A stretch of DNA of 64,000 bases from the human T2T-CHM13v2.0 reference genome, Homo sapiens (GCF_009914755.1 NC_060929.1); one strand, 5' to 3'. Numbered from the stretch's first letter, positions 38,251 to 54,525 are shown. The notes: a model not told the origin generated them from the letters alone. Made by a program: numbers and translations.

Positions 38251-41200
38251 AGAGAGAGTGGTTAAGAACCTGGACTTCACAACTGAACAACCCTGAGTTT
38301 CAGCTCCTGTTTCACCACCTTGGGCAAGTGACTCAACCTCGGTAAGCCTCAATTTTCTCATCTTTACATAAAGATAATCATTAGAAGTGCTCATTACGAT
38401 GTGTTGTTACATATAACATCTTCAATTTTTGGCATTTACCAACTCGCAGCATGGGTCCTGACCAGAGGAGTAAAAAGAGGTCAATTTCCTTCTTTTTTTT
38501 TTTTAAGCTAGTGGCTTAAGAGGAAATAGAAAGTGAGGCTCAGTTTAATTTGGTATGGGACTCTGCAAAAACCATTTTACATATTAGCCAATTCTGTAAA
38601 ATGGACCAAATGGCTCTTCTCCACTTCCCCCGATGTCCCCCGGACCTGTTGGTCAGGTAAGAGGATAGTAATGAGTACTCTGAAAAGAATTAATTAATAA
38701 TATGACACTGCTATAAAAGTTCATTCCTGACTTGCCTCTTTCAGCAATAGTCCTCTGGAAGATGAGTTCTTCTCTTGCCTTTGTTTCTTTCCAAACCTGC
38801 GTAGCTTACCTTCCAGACGGGCACTTTCCTCCTCACTATAGCCCAAGTGAGTATCTCCCTTTTCTGATGAATCTCTATTGCCTAATTCCTACTTAACTAT
38901 AAACAGCTTGCTTTGAAACTTACCTGCCTAATGAGTACTGTCTCCATGTCTCTTCTCTCCGATTAAACATTCTTTGAGGAAATGAACTATGCTTTCCATT
39001 TCTTTTGAATTACCCCTGAGTGCCTGGCATCATTCTATGAACAGTCAATAGACGAATGTTGATTAAATGTATATTGCCTAGTTTTCATAGAATGTCAAAG
39101 CTTTAAACAGGACATGGGAAAATAATTTCCTGTGTCTTCATATTTAAGATGTAGCTCTCTTCATCTTTTAGGTCATTCGTGCTTGTGTACAACGGGTTGG
39201 TCACGTCAGACTCCTAACAGCTCAAGCTGACTGCCTAGAGAAGGGTAACTCCCAGGGTCAATCTATTTGCAACACTTCCCTCTGATATTAACAAAACTAT
39301 TTTTGGGGAGATCACAACCTTAGGAAAATGAAATATGTCTGGCTTTTCATTGTCATATCACTTTGTGACCAAAATTGTAAAAGCATTATGCTGAGCGGGT
39401 TACCCAGACTTCTCGAGTTAAATGGACGAACATTAAACTCCTAAAATAATGAAACCCCCGGAGTAATGGGAAGTGAAGCGGAAAAGAGGGAGCTGAGAGG
39501 GCTTCTAGTCCTATTTGTGTCCTACTAAAGTGTAGCCATAAAATATAATGGGCCAGTCGGGGTACATGTGGTTTAACTTGTATTCCCTCTCCTTTCCCAA
39601 ACATGCCTTTTTTTAATAGGACAGTGATTCTACCAAAGATAGGTTTTCCTGGGGAGAAGTTGAGAGAGCCATGACCACAGTGGCCCATGGAGCATCCATG
39701 AAGTCTAAGGCCTTGCAGTGTTCTGAATGGGATTCCCTGTTGCCTTCTTTTTTCTTTTTTTCCTAGCATTTGTCCCTTTGGGAAAACTATTCCACCTCTT
39801 AGAATTCGATTTCCAGCTCCCTCTGTCCCACCACACCTTCAAAGAGGACTTGGTATACCGATTCCTTTTCACTACCAGTAGTGAAGCATGAGTCTAATCA
39901 GCAAAGGGCAGGGCCCCCAAAGCAGGCCGCTGGATGGAGGTGGTGGGACTTGCAAGAGGCAGCTTGACTTTCCTAGGATGCTCTTCAGTCTTCCATTTGG
40001 ACCAGTAGCTCTTGACCATAGGTCATGACACACGCTTGCAAACGGTGTCACAAATAATGTGTTACTAAGCACACAGGACAGCACTGGTGAGTGATTTACT
40101 CTTTAAAAATTAAAGGTGAGATCAATGACTCCTAGGACAAAAGTCACTCTCATGTATTTCAATATGCTTTCTAGGGCAGAGCTCAACTATTGTCCCTACA
40201 TATGCTTATGGCACTGAAAGTTGAATGATGAAAGTTGAAAGAGATTTTCAAAGATTGAGAAATACTGTATCCGATAAGAGTATTCCATCCTCTGACCCAA
40301 TGAGTATAGTATATTGAACAAGACCTAGGCCTGGGGAATTCCTGTTCTGCCACTTACCAGCTATGTGAACTCAGGCAATGCTATTTAACTTTGAAGAATC
40401 TTGGATTTCCCGTCTGAAAATTAGGCAAATACAATCTAGCTCAGAGAATTGTGAGGATTAAGTGAAATGATGTCTGTGCTTATCAGAAATCTTTGTTTGC
40501 ACACCCTGTGGTTCAACTGGCAGTCTCAACACTGAATTTTACTGACCTAGACTATAAGCTCCTTGAAGGCAGAAACCACATTTCACTCATCTTTGTATTT
40601 TCCTTGCCCTTCTGATGTGCCTAATATATGATGATTTTTTAAAAAGTGCTCATTGAATCATTGTTGAATGATTTTACAGTTTGCATCATTGCTGGTTGTA
40701 TAATACAATTGGTTGCAAATGAATTTGCAAAGCAAGTTTCTGGCATACTTTTGGAGATGCAGATGGAGACCATGAAAATAGTTCCCAAGTTCCCAGATGA
40801 TAGAGCATTATCTGTACTCAAACTCCTCAAGTACAATGAAGGAAAATTTCCAGTTGTCTATCTTCTGGATGCTTTAAACTTCATTTCTCGGGTAGTGGTT
40901 GATTAACTCTCAAATCATGTGTCTAGTGTCCAGTAATGGGCAGCATCTGATGTGTGAATTAATTTAATTGTGGGCCCAGATGTTACTTTCAGGAGCAATT
41001 TGCCTGTGATTTGAGGAGGTGGTCCCACACAGATCTGTTGGAAAGGAGAAAATTATAATGATGTTTTCAAAAACAGTCACAGCCAGGTGAAAGAGTAGCT
41101 GAACTCTTTCTGCCAGGGAGGCAGGATGTTATATGGGATTTAAAAGAAAAGCATACTATATGTGTTTCCTTTTCTAAACATCTGTGTTAGCCGGACCCCC

Positions 41201-41479
41201 ACTTCCTGGGACATCAGGAAAGAACCAATATGAATCTCTCAAGAAGGAAGTGATTGTGCTCTGTCTTAAGTGGAAAAACTTTGAAGTTAAGGTCTTCCTC
41301 ATATTTGTCCATGCAAAATTAAAAACGTTAAGTTGTTATACAGCAAACGTATTTGATCCTTGTTTTTGTTACTTTATTTACGATGATGACAATATGTTGC
41401 AACTGACATAAATTTCTGTAAGCAGTAAAACAAACAAGAACCTTTCAGTAAAGCTTATGCAATAGGATAGACCAAGGTA

Positions 41480-41850
41480 GATATGACTTACCTACTGCTT
41501 GATCCAGGCCTCAAATGGTATCTCCGGGATCTGTTTCTCTCTCTTCATTTCCCAGTGACCTGTCCCTTGGTGCTGCCTCCCTTGTCAGGCTCCACATATT
41601 CACAGAACTGTGGCAGTAGTCCCAGATTCTACATTCTCTCTGATTCACTTTTCAGAGGGAAAAGATAATGGTCTCTTTCCAGGATTCCTAGCCAAAGTCT
41701 CTTTGGGTAATTGCTCTGATTGGGTAATTGACCCCTCTCCAAGCCAATCACAAATGGTCAGGGGTAGAGATGTGACCCAGTGATGACTTAAGCCTGGCAT
41801 ACATACTTCATCTCAGAAGTTCATGGTTAGGACTTACCAACACAGATATC
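41480..41850 (-). mobile_element. Old ERVL/MaLR LTR fragment (family uncertain)
   Basis: 'ttgatccagg.ctcaaat...ctctgattgg...agccaatcac...ggtcagggg' pattern. Confidence 0.5.
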
Positions 41851-42120
41851 CATGGTCAATATTAATACCCAGTACTCTTGTCATGTATGAAGAGCTATGT
41901 GCCAGATATTACCTTATTATATCCCTGTAGCCTGTCATTCATTTATTCAGAGACCATATTGAGGTCCTACCATGATGAGAAAAAAAACAAAACAAAACAT
42001 GGTCTTTACTCACAGTTTAGAAAGAGAACATAGCATGAGGTAAGGGTTACTATCTACATTTTACAGATGGGGCAACTGAGGGTTCCTGATGTTATTTCAG
42101 TTCCCTATAGTATTACATTT

Positions 42121-42710
42121 ATTTTGACTTTTATTTTAAGTTCAGGGGTACAGGTGCAGGCTTGTTATATAGGTCAAGTTGTGTCATGGGGGTTTGTTGT
42201 ACACATTATTTCATCATCGAGGTATTAAGCCTAGTACCCATTAGTTATTTTTCCTGATTCTCTCCTTCCTCCCACCCTCCACCCTCTAATAGGCCCCAGT
42301 GTGTGTTGTTCCCCTCAGTGTCTATGTATTCTCATCATTCAGCTCCCACTTACAAGTGAGAACATGTGGTATACGGTTTTCCATTCCTTGTTAGTTTGCT
42401 AAGGATAATGGCCCCCAGCTCCATCCATGTTCCTGCAAAGGATATGATATTGTTCTTTTTTATGGCTGCATAGTGTTCCATGTGTATATGTACCACATTT
42501 TCTTTATCCAGTCTACCATTGATGGGCATTTAGGTTGATTCCATGTCTTTGCTATTGTGAATAATGCTACAATGAACATACGCATGCATGTGTCTTCATG
42601 ATAGAACAATTTATGTTCCTTTGGGTATATACCCAGTAATGGGATTGCTGGGTTGAATGGTAGTTCTATTTTCAGGTCTTTGAGTAATTGCCACACTGTT
42701 TTCCACAACA
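42121..42710 (-). mobile_element. L1PA13-16-like 3' fragment
   Basis: 'ttttaagttcaggggtaca.gtgcagg.ttgttatatagg...gtcatgggggtttgttgtaca'. ORF 42460-42714 is the ORF2 C-terminus. Confidence 0.9.
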
Positions 42711-42722
42711 ACATTACAATTA

Positions 42723-43152
42723 TAGATGACCTTTGAACAATGCAGGAGTTAGGGGTGCTGACCCCAATGTGGTCAAAAATCCGTGTATAACTTTTGACTC
42801 CCCCAAAACTTAACTATTAATAGCCTACTGCTGACCAGGAGCCTTACTGATAAACAGTCGACTAATGAATATTTGGATGTTATGTGTATGATGTGCTATA
42901 TTCTTATAATAAAGTAAGCTAGAGAGAAGACACTGAGAAAATCATAAGGAAGAAAAAATATATTTACTGTTCATTAAGTGGAAGTGGATCATCATAAAGG
43001 TCTTCCGTCCTCTTCATCTTCACATTGAGTAGGCAGAGGAGGAGAAGGTGAGAGGGGGTTGGTCTTGCTGTCTCAGAGGTGGCAGAGGAGGAAGAAAATC
43101 CACATGTAAGTCGACTGTGCAATCCACACCAACGTTGCTCAAGGGTCACCTG
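42723..43152. mobile_element. Tigger2a (MER28)-like TcMar MITE
   Basis: TIRs tagatgacctttgaacaa / ttgctcaagggtcacctg with TA target duplication on both sides. About 430 bp. Confidence 0.88.
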
Positions 43153-44564
43153 TATGAAGTGACCAACAAAGACCCAAATCTAAATCTCAGTTGCCATGGC
43201 CTGACTTACTACTCCTTAGAACTTATTACACTACCTTAGCTTCTAAACTGGCCGAAAAAGTGCCACTTTGGGGAATAATCTGCCCAGATGTTTATCTGTG
43301 ACCATGAACTCCCATCATGAAGATTATCTCGTGAGAAAGAAAAGAGGAACTGCATGGGTATCTTCCCACTCCACCCCATACTGATGAGTCAATATTAAAT
43401 TCTTTTAAAGTCTTAGTGATAAGTAACCACAAACTGACCAACTAATTTTTGTGAATTAATGAATAATGAAAGTACTTTCATTCAACGTTATTTTTCCTCA
43501 GTGCTTTATAAAGAACACCCAATCTAGTCTCAGATATTTGGCTCCATGAGAGCATCTTTGCAGTTCTGCTGACAAGATCGGCATCATCAATCCTACATGG
43601 CTTCCAAGAGTACAACAGGCCATCTTATTCTACCTACAAGGAAACCAAAGCTCAGAGACATTAAGTAATAGGCAGGCAATTTCCATGGAAAGCTGTTTTT
43701 CCTTTTCAGAAAAAGACATACGTATCAGCTGAATGGGGACGTGACCTTTTTTAGTTCCTCCTCACCCGGTGTTGGCCTCCCCAGTTACAATCACCCCCCA
43801 CCCTGTGCTTGCATCCCGTCTTTGCTTGTGAGACACACCTGCTGTTTAAAGGTTAACCCAACTTTTCAAGCTTCTCTAATATTTGATGGCTTTTGTTGTT
43901 TTGCAGCTTGTGTGAACTTTTTTGGTATACTTCTTTAGTGGCTGTCAAACTGCGCCATTCTTCCAACTGAAAAACATCTATTTTGGAGGGCAGCTTCAAC
44001 AATTTAACAAAGCTATTGCCACTTTCACTTTATTTTGTTATAATTATGTTTCATTCCCCCCAGAAGTTTTCCTACTGATTATTGGAGTTCTGCTACCCTC
44101 CTAAACCACTTAAGGATGAAATTCAGATCCCCAGTGCATTTTTATCCCTAGTTACTTGGAGAGAAGGATTAAGTAAACTACCTAATACCTCTCTGTTTTG
44201 ACACAGAGAATAGGAGGAAGAGAAAAGACCCATTGTGTTTGAACACATTCCTTCACAAAAATTCAAGCTCTTAGAGGCGGCTCATTTGTTTCACCATTTA
44301 ACAAAATTAAGGAAGTCTGTGTTTGTCCTCATAGCTATTCTTGGCTGCCATGATGCTCAGGGAGATTGGGGATATTGAATGCTAGCTAGCATGGTTTCTT
44401 GAGGAAAAGAGATCGCACATTTGTGTTCTTGTTTTTTAGTCTTTCTCACAAGAGAATCCATCAAATTGCAAAATAGCATGATCTTTCCCCAAAGCTGCTT
44501 TGGAGAGTTAACCAACTTACTGATTGCTATTGTTAACTCCAGAAAGAGTTTATCCTTTCTCTTA

Positions 44565-44960
44565 CTGTTCTAATCCTCAAATCTGTTGCACATTAGAATC
44601 ACCTGAAGCGTATTTAACACATACCAATACCCAGTCTTCAGGCTGACCACTTAGATCAAGATCTCTGAGGATAAAACCTGGCACACTTTGGAAAGTTCAC
44701 CAAGCCACTCTAGTGTGCACACAGGGTTAACAGCATCTTCTCCAAAGCCTCTGGCTTCAAGAATTCCTTTAGAGTCATTGTTATGATGCAGCCAGGCAGG
44801 TCTGGGTTAGATCTCTGCTCCACTAACTAGCTATGATGTAGGGCTATTTGTTTAGCTTTTCTGAGCCTTGGGTGTCCTTCTATAAAAGAGGGATAATAAC
44901 AGCTCCTACCTTGTGGAGTTGTTTTGAGATTCCATGCAGTGATGCATGGATAGCACAGCC
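44565..44960. mobile_element. MER5-type MITE followed by a MIR
   Basis: 'gcacattagaatcacctg...caagccactctagtgtgcac' then MIR core 'tctgagccttgggtgtccttctataaaagagggataata'. Confidence 0.65.
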
Positions 44961-45139
44961 TGCCTCCACTGCAATGACCAGCTCATAGTCTTCCTACCTT
45001 TGAGTGTCTTTTCTGCTCAGTTCATATTATACAACAATGAATCTTCCTAAAGTGCTGCTCCCCTGCCCAGTAAGAAAGAGAAAAGCCATGTCTGATATCT
45101 GGGCACTGGCCTGATATGTACAACTAGAACTTGTTGGTG

Positions 45140-45662
45140 TTAGTAGCTGATTTGGAATTCAAAGCTAGGCCCTGGTATCATCCTGTTGGACATAATCTTA
45201 TCAAACATCATCAGGTAATGTCACTCTGTGACCATGCTGAAGTGAGACAAAAGCCAAGACCACTTCATAATTATTTCTAAGCAGAAAAACAGGTCGCTGC
45301 TCAAACTACAAAAATATCAAGCACCTCCCACCCCAGTTAGTATGAGTGACTGCAGCTTCTTCACCTATTACAGCTTTAGCTTCACTCTAATCTTCTCTCT
45401 TTCTAAAGTTTATTCAGATAGTCAATTATAGAATTATGCCCACGTTCTGACAGCACCCAATTCAGAGTAAACCCCTTTTCTTTCGACTCCAAATTCAATC
45501 AAATGAAGCCCAAATTCTATAAGGAATCCTTTCTAACACCTTCCTACTGAGACACCCCATGGCTCTCTAGGTGCATGTTCTCCCACACTGCCTCAATTAA
45601 TACACCCAACTTGTTCAACAACAGGTATGTTCCTGGTGGTCTTTGACTGGAAGGCATTGATT
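45140..45662 (+). mobile_element. ERV1 solo LTR (MER67-like; family tentative)
   Basis: 3' end 'cccaacttgttcaacaacaggtatgttcctggtggtctttgactggaaggcattga' and internal 'tctgacagcacccaattcagag'. Confidence 0.65.
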
Positions 45663-47320
45663 AGCCTCACTCTCTTATTCAAAATCCTATAATCCCACTT
45701 TCTGATTTAAGAACCAAAGCGTCCTTAAAACTATTAAGTTGCATTTATATTGCCCTACCAAATCGTCTAATCTTTTTTCACTATGTCCTTCTGCTACCTA
45801 TCAAACCCCATTTCTCATTGTTCTCTGGTATGACCTTCTGGGATACTTCTCTTTCTTATTCACGATGTTTATTTTCTTGCATTTACTCTTGTCATTTCTA
45901 TACTTTCTTCCCTGATTCCTTCTCTCCTCACCCAGCCTGAAATAATAGAACACTTACTATGTGCTAGATGCTGTCCCAGAAATATGACTCATTAAGAATG
46001 AACAACAATCTCTATGGTAGATGCAAGGAGGAAAAATATAAATTTGGATCTTAGAAGCTTTGATGTATCTTATGATAAAATATGGCCAAAATATAGATCA
46101 ACTTTTTATGTAATATGTTTTGTAGACAAAGGTTACAAAGTAAGAGTAAGTGGAAGTAAGAAATATTCTTATTAGAATCCTGTAGGATTCAAAACCAAAG
46201 AGCTAAAGCCTCTCATTTTGATGGTCTTCTTATAAGATGATATTTAGATGTAGCTAAGCATAAACATTGCAGTCTTTCCTACTGGCTGTATTAACTAACT
46301 TTCTCCCCTTGATGCCTGTGGAAGATGAAGGATGTGTCTGAGACAGTTCTCCATTAGATGTAGGTGTATTTTTTAAACTGGAAGTATTATGTATATGTAT
46401 AGATATATAGATGTATAATCAACAAACCGACCAAGCATGAGGAAAGCCACCAAGAATGAGGAAGCAAGACTACAATTTGAGCCTTCTGGGAGATCCACCC
46501 TCTATCACATACCTACATATGGAAAAAATAATGTGGCACAAACTTTTTAAGACTTATTTTATAACTATAGAAAACGAGAAAGATTGATGCTTCATCTGCC
46601 AGAAGATCAGTTCCCTGCTGTTGCTTTTCTTTTTATTTAATCCCCCACCTTCTTCCCCCATACTAACGTAAAAACAAACGTCCAGGACTAATTAAAATCA
46701 GAACCCAGTATCCGATTAGCGCACGTTTGGCAGACCTTAGCTTTGGCATTGTTTTCTGACCAGTTTACTGATTAGTGTTTATTACTAATCATCTGTGGCT
46801 GGAAACATGACCCAGAGAGAAGAAAGACAAGGGCAACAGCATGCAGTGACATTGTTAGAATTATTCAAAGTGTTTTCAGCAGGAATCACTCAACTCAAAT
46901 CCACAACCACAACAGATGCCTTAGCACGCCAAACCCCAGGCATTGGCGGCCAGGCAAAGCAGGCTTCTCTCAGCACTTGGCAAGACTCCTCTTCATTTTG
47001 CCCTGTGTCTGAGGTCCAATGCTTGGCCAGGAGTAAAGGTGGGACAGGCTGAGGGAATAAGAGTTTGCTGTATCTGACAGCGATGCTTGATGTCATATGT
47101 CTGCCCAATACACCGTAGAAAATCAAGACTAATTTAACCTCTCCAGACTCAGCTTTTCTGAGGAAGTGTGTTCACCCCTGTAGTATTTCAACAAATATTT
47201 GTTGAGTGACTACTATGTGCCAGATCCCTGATGTTCTGGGGAAGGCAGTAGATGAACAAAAATATGAAAATTCACTATTAAAACTAATGATAGGAATTCA
47301 TTGACATCTGAATTTTCAAT

Positions 47321-47860
47321 TTTGTAACTAATGCTATTACTATGGCACTGAAGAGAAACTCAATAAGGCTTTTCTTCCTAAATAGATATGATTATAACTT
47401 TATTTTACCAAGTTCATAGCCTAATGATTGCTGGCTTTGCTAATATTCTAATTCCTTTGTTTTGAAATACATCTTTTGACAGTTAATTTTTTTCTCTGCT
47501 TCTAAAAGTAAGAAACTTCTGTATTTAAGTTCATTTAGAAAATATGAATTTTAACTGCCCATCATCTCACCACCCCAAAACAACCATACTTAGCATCTGG
47601 GTGTAAAATAGGAAATCATGAAATCATGATCAAATCATGATCAAATGTTATAATCATATCTATTTAGGAATTATAATATCAGCAAAACCAGCAATAATTA
47701 GGCTACAAACTTGGTTTAAAAAAATGTTCTGTCTATTTAGGAAGAAAAACCTTTGCCTATGAGTTTCTCTTCAGTGCCATAGTAATAGTTACAAAGTCAT
47801 CATGAAATCATGATCGCCTATTTTATCTCTTGCTTTACACCCAAATGCCAGGCATGGTTT
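47321..47860. repeat. Complex imperfect inverted duplication
   Basis: 47321-47455 pairs with 47667-47795, 47375-47398 pairs exactly with 47647-47670, and 47582-47630 pairs with 47799-47859. Confidence 0.85.
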
Positions 47861-49112
47861 TAAATAATGAAAACATGTCTTTTTTTTTTCTTAAACTATT
47901 AATGTATTGCAAATTCAGCTACTTGAAACAAAGACAAAAGGACAGTATTCTAATGAGAAGGTTTCTTTAGGAAATGGTGGTTTCTTCCCTGAGTGAAATC
48001 TAAGTTAATTTTTGTATTTTTGCCAAACCAGAAAGGTATGAGAAATTTAGAACATGACAGAGGATGATATGGATGATGTTTTATTTAATGTATTACAAGA
48101 ATATTTGTTTAAAGGTTAACAAACACCTTTTCATCTATGAAGAGAATTTTAGTGTCTGAGAGAGCTGTAGCTGAGTGGTGGGAATGGTTTTTACCTATTT
48201 AGTTAGCACATTTTTATCAAATGTCTTTTATGTGCCACTAATTAGGCAAAGAGACTGGGAAATAGAGGTATGGAGGCACTTAGTCTAGGGGGCAAATGAT
48301 CTTACGCCAGTAATAATACTCAAAGTAAGTATCATGGCGGAATATGCTGTGCAGAGAAGTACCGATGCTGTGAGATTACACAGCAGGGACCCTAACTTAT
48401 TTGAGATAATGAGAGAAGTCTTCCATAATCAAGTACCCTTTAATCTCACACAGTGCATTTGTGAGAAGGTACCAGGTTTAGTCTGGTCCATGGTGGAGAC
48501 CATTCCAGCAACCATGGTCATGTCAGAACCCATATTTCAGCTGTTGAAAATAACTACCCTACAGAAGGGCCATTTTTCCTTGCTGAGATGTTGGTCCTAT
48601 GAGTATGATTACACAGTGAATCTGGAAAATAGCATGCTTGTGTGGTCAGTCAGCTTTCTAACTGACCTTTCTCAGAACAGAATGTCACTTCCTGGAGACC
48701 GTTTGCTGGAGCCCCACTCTTCAGCCTTTAATGTATAGAATCACTTTGGACTTAGTTAAGGAGATACCAGAAATTCCAGGCTGTATGCATAAATGGATAC
48801 AGAAAGCATCAGAGAGGTTTGAGTGGTTGTGGCAAAAAGATTCATCATAATTTATACGCTATGCGTTCGAAGATGTCTCATGTGAAGTCAACAGCTGAAA
48901 TTGAATGAATAATTCAGCATGTGAATCAATCGCATCATCTCACTTGCCACGTTATTGCTATTTTTACGCAATTGCAAAGTAAAAAAATAAATTGATGTCA
49001 TAAACAACTGTCATTTGACATGATAAAGACCCTAGCATTTTAGGGATCTTCTATTTTTAGGTAATATTCTGGTGCTTTTCATACAATTAAGAATATGCCC
49101 TTATTAAAATGA

Positions 49113-49625
<513 letters not shown>

Positions 49626-50805
49626 CTTTAGTTTTTAAAGTTGGTGGATATGAATGAACATAGTCTAATATCCTATTTTCCTTCCCATGAATCCTTTCTT
49701 GATTGAGTGAAAGGTAATTAATAAAAGCTACCTTTATTCATTTTATGCCTCTTAAAAAAAACACAAAACATGACCTAGGTAATCTCATATCACAGGCGTC
49801 AACTGTCATATCATTCCCATAATTAATCTTATAACTAGAATTTGTTCATAGTAGTACAATAAGAATATTCATTTTAACTGTCCAATTTTTGAATTTTTCC
49901 ATTTTTCAAGTTTTCTTTTTAATTAAAGTCTTGCCTCCTTTTATCAAAAATATTGTTTCTTGAAAGTGTTAGTAAAACTTTTTTTCTAGGTGCTAAAATG
50001 TAAACTCTGAAGTTTGAATATACTGTAAAAACTAGAAATTCATTATTATTACCTAGCCATTGATTCAAAGACAAGATCTAACTTTATGTTTAGTTCTGAA
50101 AATACATGTTATCAATAAAACTCATGAATCTTCTAGCATATTAACTGTATATACCCTTAACAGGATCATTTTATGTCTTTAAATATCTTACATCTGAAAT
50201 TGTTTGTACTTCGTTTGAACATCAGTTAGATACACACCAATATTTGGTTTTTTAGAATAGAAATTCACTCAGAGTCGAGTAGGCTATCTGGATAACTTAC
50301 CTTGTCTAACAGTATGCTAGGTAGTGTTCGTGGTAACAAAAAAACAAAACAAAACAAAACAAAACCCTACAGATAATAGCATGATTTAGAGAGCACAGCC
50401 TTTTCTCTGTATTTTCAGATAACTACACTTTTGTTTGCTTTCAGAATTGGAAACACAGTGGGTTTTTTAAGCCAAATATAATTTAAAATAAACTCTTGCA
50501 TTCTCCTTTCTCGGCTCAGATCTGGGAATGGACTGAACCTAAGTGGGAAAGAATTAGACCTTTTGAACTCTTTGGGGGGAAAGTGTAGGGAGTGTGAAGG
50601 TTTCTGATGTTTTTCATCTGGGCTGGGTTCGTATCACTGAAATGCTGTTGTTCTTCACACTATCCTTTAATACAGTTGAGCACGTTTGTGCAGCCAAATG
50701 TCATTTCATAGGAAAAATCAAACGCAATTTGGTAAGGTTTCTGGAGAAGAATAAATCTAATCTGGGATGGAATTGACGAAGTACACCAATTAAAACAAAC
50801 ACTAT

Positions 50806-51085
50806 GGCCGGGTGCGGTGGCTCACGCTTGTAATCCCAGCACTTTGGGAGGCTGAGGCGGGCAGATCACAAGGTCAGGAGATCGAGACCATCCTGGCTAG
50901 CATGGTGAAACCCCATCTCTACTAAAAATACAAAAAATTAGCCGGGCGTATTGGCAGGCACCTGTAGTCCCAGCTACTCTGGAAGTTGAGGCAGGAGAAT
51001 GGTGTGAACCCAGGAGGCAGAGCTTGCAGTGAGCTGAGATCGCACCACTGCACTACAGCCTGGGCAACAGAGCGAGACTCCATCT

Positions 51086-51117
<32 letters not shown>
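50806..51117 (+). mobile_element. AluY
   Basis: Full length with a poly(A) of about 31 nt. Imperfect TSD aaaacaaacactat / aaaacaacagtat. Confidence 0.95.
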
Positions 51118-51118
<1 letters not shown>

Positions 51119-52287
51119 AGAAAACAACAGTATGTGGTGCGGTGCCCTGCTCATAACATTGTAATGGTAAAGATTATTGCTTTTAGAGAAATACAATAAT
51201 TTTAGTCCAGAGGTGACAAAACATATTCTCTTTCCCTTTTCTCTTGGTAGAGCTTCCTTTCAGAAGGGAAATGAATCTTTATTATGTTCCAGTGATTAGG
51301 GGGGTAGAGACAACCTTCTGCCAGAGCTGAGAAGCTGACACTGTTAGTAATATTGACTGAGCAAATTGGATTTGTGGGACTGATAGAGTCAACACTGAAT
51401 AGTCAAAGGAATATCATGGCTACCTGATCATGTATTGTAGAAGTTTGGTATTGCTTTTATCTGGACCAACCTGAATGACTTTTGTAGCCTGGTGTTAGAC
51501 AGATGAATAGATGGATCCAAATACCTAGGGATCCAGCAGTACAGATTAGGCACTACACACCATCAGCATCACTCAGTCCAACTGCTATAGGAATGTTGTG
51601 CTCTCAACTAAGAATGCAAGACCTTTATAAGAATAGGTGGAGCCATTGCAAGTCTCCTTATTTGAATCTTCTCCATTTAGTCACTTGGGTATTTTGCTCA
51701 GTTTCTCAATGCAAGATTCAAAAAAAAATTGTTTAATGTGATCAGTTTTAACAAAATGACAGATACCCACTGCATTACAGTGGCTAACCCATTGTAGGTG
51801 CTCTATAAATATCTGTTGAAAATGTGATTTGGGGTTGTATATGTAGGTGAATCTCTGTCTTTCATCAGGCTATAGCTCTGTGGTGACAAGGATCCCATCT
51901 GCCACGTTTATCTCTGTGAACTAGATGCAGAACCCAGCCCAATGGCCAACTAAGTAATGATCCAATTCTTCTTGAATGAATTAAAACATTATGAACCATT
52001 GCCCTACAGGATAAATACTTACCATCTCATTTTACATGTGTGGAAATGAGTTCTACAGAGGCACCATGAGGAGCCACATCCCTAGAGGACTGACTCATGG
52101 TGTTGCAGCTTTCCATCCTCTTGGTTTGGATACTTAAACGTAGTCAGATCATGGTTTGTACTTTTGCTCTCTTTTGGTCCATGTCCAACCCATCCCTTCT
52201 AATAAACTGTTTTGGGTTATTGGACAGAGGGATGCTGAGAGAAATGGCAAAGCAAAACACTGTTTTATTCATTGTAGAAATATTCTT

Positions 52288-53640
<1,353 letters not shown>

Positions 53641-54029
53641 GAGATATTCTTGATGATACAGATAGTGGCTTACTTATGAGGACTATGAGAAATTTCTCTC
53701 AGTCCTCTGAGCTGGGAAACATTGGCTCCTCCTGAGCAATTGGTGGGCTTTTCATTTCATGAATAATGTGCATTGTGTAACTGATCACAATTTGTTTTTC
53801 ACTTTGTCCACTTAGGAAGTCAAAGCCAACTCTGAAGGCCAGCTTTGTTCATTGCATACCTATGTGTGATTTTTCATTTCAGGAATCCTTTTGTAATTCT
53901 GTTCCTCTTTTCTCATCATGATACTTGTTTATGAGTTTCACTCTTATTATATTTTAACATGCTATTATATGATGCTTTAATTTTATTAATTGGAAATTAG
54001 AATCTTAAAAAAAAATCTCCAGTAGAGGC

Positions 54030-54250
54030 AAGTTTTGTGGAGGTGGTTAAGGGAGGGTTTAAAAGATCCTGAGTTCAAAAATACCAGCTCTACCATTTCC
54101 CAGCTGTGTGACCTTGAGTCAGTTACTTCACCTTGGCTTCTTCATTCATAAGATAGGGTAATAATAATATCGACCACAAGGATTTGTTGCCGGGATTAAA
54201 AGAGATGATCTATGCAAAATATCTAGGCCGGAGCCCGGGTTGCACAGCAC
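54030..54250 (+). mobile_element. MIR
   Basis: 'cagctctacca.ttcccagctgtgtgaccttgagtcagttactt'. Confidence 0.75.
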
Positions 54251-54323
54251 ATGTTATTTTATTTTCTTGTTTCAGCTCTGCCTCTACCCCTCCTACCTAA
54301 TCTACCTACTCAGTGCTCTAGAG

Positions 54324-54525
54324 AAGGGTTTCTCAACCTTGGCACTATTGAGAATTGGGGCTAAATAATTTGTTATTGTGGGGGCCTGTTCTGTGCAGTA
54401 CAGGATATTCAGCAGCATCCCAGCCTCTACCCACTAGATACCAGTAGTACAACCTCAGTTGTGAAAACCAAAACATTACCAAAGGCCCAGTGCGGGGCAA
54501 GATGGTTCTTGGTTGAGAACCACTG
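54324..54525 (+). mobile_element. MER20
   Basis: TIR-like ends 'agggtttctcaacc' / 'ggttgagaaccactg' and internal 'cagcagcatcccagcctctacccactagat'. Confidence 0.9.

Noticed and set aside
48334-48738. 134-aa ATG-initiated ORF
   Set aside because: No recognisable domain, partly overlaps decayed repeat-like sequence, and its length is plausible by chance in 64 kb.
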